Below are positions 39,209 to 48,457 of a DNA stretch of 64,000 nucleotides, in pieces. The first letter of the stretch is position 1; every line of letters starts with the position of its first letter. The DNA comes from Thermoanaerobaculia bacterium. GTDB lineage: Bacteria; Acidobacteriota; Thermoanaerobaculia; Multivoradales; Multivoraceae. The DNA is taken from positions 3,072,001-3,136,000 of the forward strand of contig OY761158.1 of NCBI GenBank assembly GCA_963664405.1. The letters are read 5' to 3'. The translations under genes were made by a program, and so were the position numbers. The notes beneath the pieces were generated by a model that saw only the letters and a program-made list of their open reading frames with translations, was not told the DNA's origin and did no database searches.

Positions 39209-40762
39209 GTGGGTGTGGCCCCTTCGATTTCAAGACGTGAGTTTTTGGCAGGCACGGTGGGTACCGCCGGCGCGGTGGCGGCCGCGTGCTCTTCGGAGCC
39301 ACAAGCAACTGTGGATTCCGGGGACTCCAGACCGAACATCATCTTGCTGATGGGTGACGATCACGCATGGGACGAGACCGCGTACGCCGGTCACCCGCAC
39401 CTGGTGACGCCGGTGCTCGACGAGATGGCGGCCACCGGGCTGCGTTTCGACAACTTCTATTCGGCGGCACCGGTCTGCTCGCCGACCCGCGGCAGTGTGC
39501 TCACCGGACGGCACCCGAATCGCTACGGGACCTTCACTCCTAATTGGTCGATGCGTCCGGAGGAGACCACGATCGCCCAGATCCTCGGCCGGGCCGGCTA
39601 CGCCTGCGGTCATTTCGGCAAATGGCACGTCGGCACGGTGAAGGCGGGCTCGCCGCTGAATCCGGGCGCGATGGGGTTCGACGAGTGGGTGTCGCACGAC
39701 AACTTCTTCGAAATGAGCCCGCATCTCTCTCGCAACGGTGCTCCCCCCGAGGTGTTCGAGGGGGAGAGCTCCGAAGTCGTGGTCGACGAGACGCTTCGTT
39801 TTATCGATCGGGCCAAAGAGGCCGATCAGCCCTTCTTTGCCGTGGTTTGGTTTGGCTCTCCTCACGAGCCCTACAGTGGTCTGGAGGAGGACCTGGCGCT
39901 CTACGACGACCTGCCGGATCGGTACAACGAGAGCGCCGTGACCCTCACCAGTATGGAGACGGGGCTGCAGGTGGAGCGTCCGCTGGGGGATGTGCTGCGA
40001 GAGCGCTATGCCGAGATCACGGCAATGGATCGCGCCATGGGTACGCTGCGCTCCCATCTAGCCGAAGAGGGTCTTCGGCAGAATACGATGCTCTGGTATT
40101 GCGGCGACAACGGAATCCCGAAGAGCGGCCTCCGCCCCGGTGCACCGTTTCGCGGGTTGAAGGGCGGCGTCTACGAAGGAGGCGTGCGCTCTCCCGGTGT
40201 CATCGAGTGGCCCGGCGGGATCGCCGAGGCCGGGTGCACGTCGGTAAACGCGGTCACCAGCGATATGTTGCCGACCGTTTGTGATCTGGTCGGTGAGCCC
40301 TTGCCTCCCCGCCCCTTGGATGGGATCAGCCTGACAGGGGTGCTCGACGGCGCGATGACCGAGCGACCCACTCCGATCTGCTTCTGGACCTACGAAACGG
40401 CTCACGAAGTCGCGAAGCACACCGACCCCTACATCGATCCATCGCAACAGGTGGGCACGACGCCAACGGCGAAAGTGATGGACGGGCTCTTTACCCGGAG
40501 CTTTCAGAACGTCCATCACCGCGAGATCAGCGAAGAGGACTTCCTCGGAGCGCGGGCGATACTGGGCAATCGTTACAAGTTGGTGCTCGGTGGTGAAGCC
40601 GGAAACGAAGAAGCCAGAGAGCTCTTTGACATGCCCCAAGATCAGAACGAGGAAGAGAACCTCTTCGATGACGAGCCCGAGATCGCCGCCGATCTCGAAG
40701 AGCAGCTTCGGGAGTGGCAGCAGTCTGTCCTCAACAGTCTCACCGGCGCCGACTATGTTTAG
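39209..40762 (+). CDS. Sulfatase (formylglycine-dependent), Tat-exported
   Basis: SRREFL, PNIILLMGDD, CSPTRGSVLTG, GKWH. Confidence 0.93.
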   Translation: MGVAPSISRREFLAGTVGTAGAVAAACSSEPQATVDSGDSRPNIILLMGDDHAWDETAYAGHPHLVTPVLDEMAATGLRFDNFYSAAPVCSPTRGSVLTGRHPNRYGTFTPNWSMRPEETTIAQILGRAGYACGHFGKWHVGTVKAGSPLNPGAMGFDEWVSHDNFFEMSPHLSRNGAPPEVFEGESSEVVVDETLRFIDRAKEADQPFFAVVWFGSPHEPYSGLEEDLALYDDLPDRYNESAVTLTSMETGLQVERPLGDVLRERYAEITAMDRAMGTLRSHLAEEGLRQNTMLWYCGDNGIPKSGLRPGAPFRGLKGGVYEGGVRSPGVIEWPGGIAEAGCTSVNAVTSDMLPTVCDLVGEPLPPRPLDGISLTGVLDGAMTERPTPICFWTYETAHEVAKHTDPYIDPSQQVGTTPTAKVMDGLFTRSFQNVHHREISEEDFLGARAILGNRYKLVLGGEAGNEEARELFDMPQDQNEEENLFDDEPEIAADLEEQLREWQQSVLNSLTGADYV

Positions 40763-40938
40763 ACCAGCGTTTCCAAAGTTCGCGCACATATCTCGGCCCC
40801 TTCTGCTCGCTGGCGGCGTTGGCTAGGCGCCCCCCCGCTCCTCGACATATTGCCCAATATGCTTGCGTCGGCGCGCTTTGCCAGCAAACAGAATGAACTC
40901 GAGCTATGTACACGAACTTTGGAAACGCTGGTCTCTAG
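40759..40938 (-). mobile_element. MITE copy 2, inverted relative to copy 1
   Basis: Same TIRs. The interior is the reverse complement of 38953-39129 with a few substitutions. Confidence 0.88.
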
Positions 40939-40951
40939 TGGCGAGCTCCCG

Positions 40952-43900
40952 ATGATGCGCTGGTTCCTTGTCCTCTGGCTGTTCAGCTGGCCGCTCCTCG
41001 CCGACGAAGGCGACGGCAAGAAAGATGAGAAGAAGGGCCTACCCCTCGAGGCGGAGCGCACTGCGTCCTTCGTCGTCGACGAGGGCACCTGGATTAGCCT
41101 CGATGTGTCACCAGATGGGGAGACCCTCGTCTTCGAGTTGCTGGGAGATCTCTACACTCTACCCATCGGCGGCGGTGAAGCGGTGCCGCTCCTGACCGGG
41201 ATGGCTTTCGAATCGATGCCGGCCTACTCGCCCGACGGGGAGCGCATCGCCTTCGTCAGCGACCGCGATGGAAGCGAAAATGTCTGGGTCGCGGAGGCCG
41301 ATGGCGAGAACGCCAAGAAGCTGTCCAAAGACGAGAGATCGTCCTTCGTCTCTCCAACCTGGACCCCGGATGGTCGCTACGTGGTCGCGTCGCGGTCGAC
41401 CCGTTCCCTCGGTGTACACGAGCTCTGGATGTACCACGTCGACGGCGGCTCCGGAGTGCAGCTCACCAACGCCGACGCCAAGCCTGATGCGCCTCGCGCG
41501 CAGCGTCGCAACGACCTCGGCGCGCGCATTTCCCCCGATGGCCGCTTTCTCTACTACGCGCGTAGAGCCGGTGCCTGGACCTACAACACGCCGGGTTTCC
41601 CCCTCTGGCAACTGGTGCGGCGCGAGCTCGCGACTGGGCAGGAAGACACCATTACGCGCGAGCCGATGGGGGCGTTTCGGCCGTTACTGTCGCCGGATGG
41701 CGAGAAGCTGGTCTATGCGACCCGCTTCGAGACCGCGACGGGTCTGCGAATCCGGGACCTCGATTCGGGAGAGGAGGACTGGCTGGCATACCCGGTGCAG
41801 CGCGACGATCAGGAGTCACGGGCGGCTCGCGACGTTCTTCCGGCCTACGCCTTTCTCCCCGATGGCGAGGCGGTGGTGGCTGCCTGGGGCGGCAAGATCC
41901 GACGGATCGATCTGGCCTCGGGAAGCTCGGAGGTCATCCCCTTTCGGGCGAAGGTGGAACAGCCTCTTGGACCCCTTCTCGACTTTCCGCGTCGTGTCGA
42001 AGATGGGCCTGTAGTTTCTCGCCTCATTCAGGCACCAGTGCTGTCTCCTGACGGAAAACGCCTCGTCTTTTCGGCGCTGGCAAGTCTGTGGATCAAGGAC
42101 TTTCCCGATGGCGAGCCGGCCCGTCTAACCAACCTCCTCGTTGGCACTGGCCAGGAGGTCGGTGAGTTCTTACCTGCTTGGTCTCCGGACGGGCTCGAGA
42201 TCGCCTACGTCAGTTGGTCCGATATCGAGGGGGGACATTTGTGGCGCGTCCCGGCTGCGGGTGGAGATCCCACGCGACTCACCTCGGCCGCCGCCTACTA
42301 CCGCGACCCGGTGTGGTCTCCAGGCGGGGACGAGATTTTTCTGCTGCGCGGCTCGCGTAGGGCTCAGCTTCTGGCCGGGCGCGGCATGGGCCCGCTCGAC
42401 GCCAATCTCGATCTGATTCGGGTGGTTGCGGGGAGCGGTGCTACCGAGCTCGTAGCTCCGGGTCGGGGGCGCGGAAGGCCGCACTTCGGTCCCGAGAGGG
42501 ATCGGATTTACCTCTACTCCGCCGAGGGCATCCAATCGATGCGGCTCGACGGCAGCGATCGGCGCGGTCATCTGAAGGTTGTCGGCTTTGCCCGGCGCGA
42601 TCAAACGAGTCCCGCCGAAGACGCGCGCATCAGCCCCGACGGCAAGTGGGCTCTGGCGCTGGTCGATTATCATTTGTGGTTGGTTGCTGCACCGCCGTTG
42701 GGCGGAGAAGCGTTGGAGGTCGACGTCTACAAGCCCGGAGTGCCTGCCAAGCGCTTGACCGACATCGGAGCGGACTACTTTGCCTGGGCGGATGGTGGCG
42801 AGACCATCACCTGGGCGGTCGGCTCCAGTTTCTTTCGACAGCCGATCGACTCGGTGTCCTTCGAGATCCCCGATGAAGATGCCGCCGAGGACACCGAGGA
42901 TGGCGCTGAGGCAGAGGAAGAGGCGAAGGAGCCGCCCGCTTACGAGGAGGTTCCCATTCGGGTCGAGGTCGCTCGCCATCGGCCGAGTGGCGACTTGGTC
43001 TTGAGGGGCGCCCGCGTCATCACCATGGCCGGAGACCAGGTGCTCGATCGGGCCGACATCTGGGTCAAGGACAACCGCATCCATCGGGTCGGCCCGCCGG
43101 GCGGACCGACCCCGCCGGGCGCCCACACGATCGACGTCGAGGGGAAGACCATCATGCCCGGCATTGTCGACGTCCACGCCCACTTTCGTAGCACCCAGGA
43201 GCTTCTCTCCGATCAGCTGTGGACCCTGCTGGCGAATCTTGCCTACGGGGTGACCACGATGCGAGATCCTCAGGCCGGGAGCCATCACGCCTTCGCCTAC
43301 CAGGACCTGGTCGACGCCGGCATGTCGCTGGGACCGCGGGCCTATTCGACCGGTCGAGGTGTTTTCAACAACACCGACTTCAAGTCCTACCAAGACACCC
43401 ACGATCTGCTCGCTCGTTACAAGAAGTACTACCGTACCGACACTCTCAAGGCCTATGTCATGGGCAACCGCAAGCAGCGGCAATGGGTGGTCAAGGCATC
43501 GAAAGAGCTCGAGATCATGCCGACGACCGAGGGCTCGTTGGACCTCAAGCTCGATCTGACCCATGTCATCGACGGCTTTTCTGGCAACGAGCATGCCTTT
43601 CCGATCGTGCCGCTCTTCGCCGACGTTACCGAGCTCACCGCACAGTCGAAGATCACCTACACGCCGACTCTGTTGGTGGCCTATGGCGGTCCTTTCGGCG
43701 AGAACTACTTCTTCGCTGCCAGCGACGTCTACGAAGATCAGAAGCTACGGCGGTTCATTCCCCAGCACGATCTCTACGCCAAGACCGCTCGGCGGCCCTG
43801 GTTCCGTGAGGAAGAGCACGTCTTCGAGAAGCTCGCCGCGGGCGCGGCGGAGATCGTCCGTCGCGGTGGCCGAGTCGGCATCGGCGGTCACGGCCAGCTG

Positions 43901-44218
43901 CAGGGGATCCAGTGTCACTGGGAGATGTGGGCGCTCCACTCCGGCGGATTGAGCGAGATGGGGACCCTGCGCGCCGCCACCCTCCACGGAGCTGAGGCGA
44001 TCGGCTTCGCCCAGGATCTCGGTTCTATCGAGGAGGGCAAGCTCGCCGACCTCCTAGTGCTCGACGCCAACCCGCTCGAAGACATCCACAACACCAACAC
44101 CATCCGCTACGTGATGAAGAACGGCGAGCTCTTCGAAGGCGACACCCTGGACCAGATCTGGCCGGAGGTCAGATCGTTGCCCTCGATGTGGTGGCAGCGG
44201 GGCGGGCCCGCGGAGTGA
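40952..44218 (+). CDS. Amidohydrolase with N-terminal TolB/PD40 propellers
   Basis: EGTWISLDVSPDG, repeated SPDG, MPGIVDVHAH, GSIEEGKLADL. Confidence 0.92.
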   Translation: MMRWFLVLWLFSWPLLADEGDGKKDEKKGLPLEAERTASFVVDEGTWISLDVSPDGETLVFELLGDLYTLPIGGGEAVPLLTGMAFESMPAYSPDGERIAFVSDRDGSENVWVAEADGENAKKLSKDERSSFVSPTWTPDGRYVVASRSTRSLGVHELWMYHVDGGSGVQLTNADAKPDAPRAQRRNDLGARISPDGRFLYYARRAGAWTYNTPGFPLWQLVRRELATGQEDTITREPMGAFRPLLSPDGEKLVYATRFETATGLRIRDLDSGEEDWLAYPVQRDDQESRAARDVLPAYAFLPDGEAVVAAWGGKIRRIDLASGSSEVIPFRAKVEQPLGPLLDFPRRVEDGPVVSRLIQAPVLSPDGKRLVFSALASLWIKDFPDGEPARLTNLLVGTGQEVGEFLPAWSPDGLEIAYVSWSDIEGGHLWRVPAAGGDPTRLTSAAAYYRDPVWSPGGDEIFLLRGSRRAQLLAGRGMGPLDANLDLIRVVAGSGATELVAPGRGRGRPHFGPERDRIYLYSAEGIQSMRLDGSDRRGHLKVVGFARRDQTSPAEDARISPDGKWALALVDYHLWLVAAPPLGGEALEVDVYKPGVPAKRLTDIGADYFAWADGGETITWAVGSSFFRQPIDSVSFEIPDEDAAEDTEDGAEAEEEAKEPPAYEEVPIRVEVARHRPSGDLVLRGARVITMAGDQVLDRADIWVKDNRIHRVGPPGGPTPPGAHTIDVEGKTIMPGIVDVHAHFRSTQELLSDQLWTLLANLAYGVTTMRDPQAGSHHAFAYQDLVDAGMSLGPRAYSTGRGVFNNTDFKSYQDTHDLLARYKKYYRTDTLKAYVMGNRKQRQWVVKASKELEIMPTTEGSLDLKLDLTHVIDGFSGNEHAFPIVPLFADVTELTAQSKITYTPTLLVAYGGPFGENYFFAASDVYEDQKLRRFIPQHDLYAKTARRPWFREEEHVFEKLAAGAAEIVRRGGRVGIGGHGQLQGIQCHWEMWALHSGGLSEMGTLRAATLHGAEAIGFAQDLGSIEEGKLADLLVLDANPLEDIHNTNTIRYVMKNGELFEGDTLDQIWPEVRSLPSMWWQRGGPAE

Positions 44219-44320
44219 AAGAGTGAAGAAGTAAAAGAGTGAAAGAGGGAGGGGTTCCGAAGGCTCTTTTGCCTACCTCTTTCCTCTCTTACTTTTTCAC
44301 TTTTTTACTCTTTTACTTCT
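44213..44320. repeat. Inverted octamer-array element
   Basis: GAGTGAAA-like x4, a spacer, then TTTTACTC/TTTCACTT-like x4-5. Confidence 0.82.
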
Positions 44321-44330
44321 GGGCGACGGC

Positions 44331-45782
44331 TCAGAAGATAATCTCAACCGGGGCGCCGTCGATTCGCCTCGCAGTCCCTCGATTGCTCCACCACATCGGC
44401 GTCTTGTTCTGCTTGTTCCACTCTCGCCAGTGGCGCTGTAGGCGCTCGAGCACCTCGGGATGGCCGGCGCTCACGCTCTTCTTTTCGCCCAGATCCTTGC
44501 TCAGGTCGGAGAGGAGCATGAGCTGGCCGAGAGGCGAGCCCTTGGGGGCCTCCCAGTCGGGAATGATCATGCCGGTCGAAGGGGCACTGGCAAGGGTCTC
44601 TTCGCTGGTCTTGTTCACCGCCCACAGCTTCCAGTCGCCGTCTCGCACCGCGTAGTTCGGGCCGGCCCGCCAGAACAGTCGCTGGTGCGGAGCCGGTCCA
44701 TCCGGTTGGGAGAGGAAGGGTCTCAGGTCGACTCCGTCGAGATCGAGCGGCGCCGTTTCGATGCCGGCAGCGGTGAGGATGGTGGCGTTCAGATCCATCG
44801 AGATCACCGCTTGTTCGTAGACCAGGCCCTCTGGGATCTTTCCGGGCCAGTTGGCGATCATCGGTACGCGGATGCCTCCCTCCCAGAAGTAGCGTTTGCC
44901 TCCGTTGAGCGGGCCGTTGGTGCACCCCCCCAGGACGTAGAGGGCGCAGCCGTTGTCGCTCAGGAAAACGACCAGCGTGTCGTCTTCGATGTCATGCTCG
45001 CGAAGCTTGGCCATGACCGCGCCGACACTGTCGTCCACGCCGCTGACCATCGCCGCGAAGATGCGCTTCTTTTGGTCCTCGACGTGGCGATAGCGGTCGA
45101 GGTACTTCTTCGTCGCCTGCAGGGGAGCGTGGGGGGCGTAGTGCGCTAGATAGAGGAAGAAGGGCTCTTCGTGATGGCGATCGATGAAAGACAGCGCCTC
45201 GCGGTTGAGGGCGTCGGTGAGGTACTCCTTCTCCTCGACCACCTCATCACCGCGGATCACCGGCCGCCGGCGGGGACCGAGCGGCTCGGGGCTCCAACTC
45301 TCGACGCCGGGTGTGCTCGGATCGATGTAGACCGTGCCGGACATCATGCCGAAGAACTCGTCGAAGCCACGGCGTAGCGGGCGTCGATCCTCTGCTGTGC
45401 CGAGCTGCCACTTGCCGACGATGCCGGTGGCGTAGCCCTCCGCCTTCAAACTCTCCCCCAGCGTGACCTGGTCCAGGGGTAAGGCGTAGTTGGGGCCGGC
45501 GGGATTGAACTCATAGCCAAAACGCTGGGGATAGCGGCCACTCATCAATGCGGCGCGAGAGGGACTGCACACCGCTGCCGCGACGTAGCCCGAGGTGAAT
45601 CGCGTACCCGAGCGAGCGAGGCTGTCGATATGCGGAGTCTCGATGATCTCGCTGCCGTAGACCCCGACGTCGCCGTAGCCGAGGTCGTCGGCGAGGATCA
45701 GGACGATGTTGGGCTTGGCGGCGGCGGGGATCGATGCTGAGGGTATGCCTAGGAGGAGCAGGGCGGTAATGGCGGTTTTCAT
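44331..45782 (-). CDS. Sulfatase
   Basis: KPNIVLILADDLG, CSPSRAALMSG, APHAP, SDNG. Confidence 0.94.
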   Translation of the reverse strand: MKTAITALLLLGIPSASIPAAAKPNIVLILADDLGYGDVGVYGSEIIETPHIDSLARSGTRFTSGYVAAAVCSPSRAALMSGRYPQRFGYEFNPAGPNYALPLDQVTLGESLKAEGYATGIVGKWQLGTAEDRRPLRRGFDEFFGMMSGTVYIDPSTPGVESWSPEPLGPRRRPVIRGDEVVEEKEYLTDALNREALSFIDRHHEEPFFLYLAHYAPHAPLQATKKYLDRYRHVEDQKKRIFAAMVSGVDDSVGAVMAKLREHDIEDDTLVVFLSDNGCALYVLGGCTNGPLNGGKRYFWEGGIRVPMIANWPGKIPEGLVYEQAVISMDLNATILTAAGIETAPLDLDGVDLRPFLSQPDGPAPHQRLFWRAGPNYAVRDGDWKLWAVNKTSEETLASAPSTGMIIPDWEAPKGSPLGQLMLLSDLSKDLGEKKSVSAGHPEVLERLQRHWREWNKQNKTPMWWSNRGTARRIDGAPVEIIF

Positions 45783-45802
45783 TTTTGTTCCCAGGGGTAG
45801 GA

Positions 45803-45951
45803 AGTAGACAGTAAGCAGTAAGAAGTAAGAAGTAAGAAGGTAGGAATGAGCTGGTGAAAGAGGAGTCGGTAAGCGGGGCTTGGAGTAGTCACTCTCGGCC
45901 GCTCACCTTCTCATCTTTACTGCTTACTGCTTACTGCTTACTGCTTACTTC
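45803..45951. repeat. Inverted heptamer-array element
   Basis: AGTAAG(C/A) x4-5, a spacer, then TTACTGC x4. Confidence 0.85.
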
Positions 45952-47628
45952 CCCCTCTCCCGGACACACCGCCCCTCCCCGCCGCGCCCAATATGTGAAG
46001 CGGAGTCGTCCCTGTGCGGCACGACGAACCGGGTACCGATCTCCGACGGCGTCCAGCCGCGAACGGAGATCCGCGGGCACTTCGAGATCGACGACTCTCT
46101 TCTCGTAGTGCTCGAGCAGCGTGGGGCTGGCGAGGATCTCCTTATCGCCGGGGAACTCCGGCTCCGTCACCGCGTCACCGTAGGGGAAACCGAGCAGGAG
46201 GTAGTCAGGCTTGCGGGCAAGGACGTACTCACCGTCGCCTTTGTTGTGGCCGACCGCGCCTTGTGGGCTCGGCATCTTCCGTCGGGCGATATGGCGGTCG
46301 TTGAGCCCAAGCATGTCGATGTATCGGTACTGCGGTAGGAGATAGGGAAGGGCTCCCGAGGCGTTGATCCCAATCAGCGAGTCCGGTGGCCAGCACTCGG
46401 AGATGTAGGGAGCGGCCACCCGACCGACGATGTCGGAGGAGCTGCCGGGATGGCTCTCCACCAGGGGCAGGGGGACCAGGCTCAACAGGACCGGCAGAAT
46501 GATGAGCGGGCGAGCCATACGGCCTCGTTCGCTGGCCGCGAGCTCGCGCAGGATCCAAACGGAGGCGAGAGCGAGAATGGGAACGAGGGGAACGAAGAAC
46601 CGAAAGTGGTCCATGAAGTCGCCACCGACGAGGATTTGAAGGGTGAGAAAGGCTGCGGTGATCGTCATGAGCAACCCGGTTACCCTTCCTCCGCCTCGTC
46701 CCCTTTCGAGCAACAGCGCGAGGCCCACGAAGAGTACGAGACACGGCGCGGTCGTTGTGTAGGCGATGACATAGGCCGCGCCCTCTGCGGCCTTGAACGA
46801 GAGTGGGAGGCCGTAGGACTTGGCAAAGTAGGTGTTGGGCAACAGCTCGCCGAAGTACCAGAGCTTCCAGAGACCGTAAGGCCCGGCGATGGCGATGAAG
46901 GCCCCCGCCAACCGTTGCGTACCACCGAGATCCAAAAGAGTCTTGCCCTGCTTTCGCTCTGAAGCGGCGAGAAAGACCAGCGCGACGGCCCAGAAGAGCC
47001 CTCCTTCCGGCCGAGTGAGCGCTGCCAACGCGAACCAGATGCCTGCCCACCATCCTCGGGCGTCGTCGTCGCTCTCGATAAGTCGGAGAATATGGGTGAG
47101 TCCGAGGAGCAAGAAGAGGGCAAAGAGTGTCGCTTCGAGCCCGCCCAGTGACCAGGCCACCAGAGGTACAGAGCTCACCAGCAGGCAAACCAGCACGGCT
47201 TCGAGAAGGCGACGATCCGATCCGCCGACGGCTTGGTGACGGGGCTGCCAGGTGGCCTGGAAGTAGCGCAAGAGGATCACTACCAGAGCAAGGGCGGCCG
47301 CCACGCCGACAAGCCGACTGGCGAAGACCAGGTCGAGACCCAGCCGCCCAAGGAGCGCCACGACCATGACGAAGGCGAAGTTGGAGTAACCCTCGATTCT
47401 CTCGCCCGGATTCCACGACAGCCCGTCGCCTGCAATCAGGTTGCGCGCATATCGCAGGCTGATGAACGAGTCGTCTTGGTAGAAGTGGCGGAGCGTAAAC
47501 GCGAGATAGATCGCCGTCAGCAGGGTCTGAAGATAGACGTAGACAACGAGAATGCGCTCGCCGCGGCCCGTGCCTCTGCCCGAAGTGGGCTCGGGACGGG
47601 ACGGTCCGGCCTGCTGTCGCGGATCCAA
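45931..47628 (-). CDS. GT-C type membrane glycosyltransferase-like protein
   Basis: DDSFISLRYARNL, WNPGE.IEGYS, GLE, TRPEG, YFGELLPNTYFAK, GGDFM..FRFFVP, IDMLGLND. Confidence 0.8.
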   Translation of the reverse strand: MDPRQQAGPSRPEPTSGRGTGRGERILVVYVYLQTLLTAIYLAFTLRHFYQDDSFISLRYARNLIAGDGLSWNPGERIEGYSNFAFVMVVALLGRLGLDLVFASRLVGVAAALALVVILLRYFQATWQPRHQAVGGSDRRLLEAVLVCLLVSSVPLVAWSLGGLEATLFALFLLLGLTHILRLIESDDDARGWWAGIWFALAALTRPEGGLFWAVALVFLAASERKQGKTLLDLGGTQRLAGAFIAIAGPYGLWKLWYFGELLPNTYFAKSYGLPLSFKAAEGAAYVIAYTTTAPCLVLFVGLALLLERGRGGGRVTGLLMTITAAFLTLQILVGGDFMDHFRFFVPLVPILALASVWILRELAASERGRMARPLIILPVLLSLVPLPLVESHPGSSSDIVGRVAAPYISECWPPDSLIGINASGALPYLLPQYRYIDMLGLNDRHIARRKMPSPQGAVGHNKGDGEYVLARKPDYLLLGFPYGDAVTEPEFPGDKEILASPTLLEHYEKRVVDLEVPADLRSRLDAVGDRYPVRRAAQGRLRFTYWARRGGAVCPGEGEVSSKQ

Positions 47629-47634
47629 GAGTCT

Positions 47635-48363
47635 TCAGGTCCGCAGAGAGCGCAAACACTCTTCCCAGCCGTCGACGTCGAACTCCCACGGCCCCGGGCC
47701 CGACTGGAAGGCCACGATGCCCTCCGCATCAACGACGTAGAGGCGCTCGGGCAGGGCCGCATAGGCTCGATCGACGGTGTCGTCTATGTCGTCGAGGACT
47801 GTTGGCATCGCCAGCTCGAGATGCAGGACGCAGGCCGCGGCCACCGTCGCTCGCTCGTCGAGGGTTTGGGGCTGGGCGTACACGATGTCTTCGCTGACGT
47901 TCGACGCCACCTGCCAACCGTCCTCGGGATGGGCTTCGCGGATGTAGACACAATAGAAGTCGATGTCCGATCGGTAGCTCTCGTAGATCTGGTTCAGACG
48001 ACCCGCCTGAGCTCGGAAAGGCGGTCAGGTGTAGGAGCCGAAGATGAGCGCCACCGGCCGCCCGCGATGATCGCTGAGGCGTCGCATCTCTCCACTGCGC
48101 TCACCCTGTGCCGAGACCAGCTCGAGCTCCCAGTCGGGTGCCTCGGCGCCGGCCCGCGGCGAGTGTGCTTCGCGTGCGTGGCGCTGGTCGAGCCAGGCGG
48201 CGAGCTCGGCCCGGCTGCGTCCCGTCATCTTGGCTATGGCCTCGACCATGGGCTCAGGAGCCTCGCCGAGAGTCATCTTGCCGCCGGCAAGCCGCCGCAT
48301 CACCTGCATGATGTCTGCAGACGCAGGAGCTTCAGCGGACGGAACAGTTGGAGTCTCGGTCAT
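47635..48363 (-). CDS. Iodothyronine deiodinase-like selenoprotein (UGA=Sec at 48025-48027), 242 aa
   Basis: Reading through the TGA gives RPVALIFGSYT-U-PPF...VYIREAHPEDGW...DDIDD....AYAALPERLYVV...GPGPW. A hairpin follows the UGA immediately. Confidence 0.88.
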
Positions 48364-48457
48364 CAGAAGCTGTTGCGACGAGAGTTTGCGACCGACCGAG
48401 TATAGCGAAGGGGTCTCGGCGCTATTCTCGACGCCGTCCGCCCACCCGGCGGCTCTC

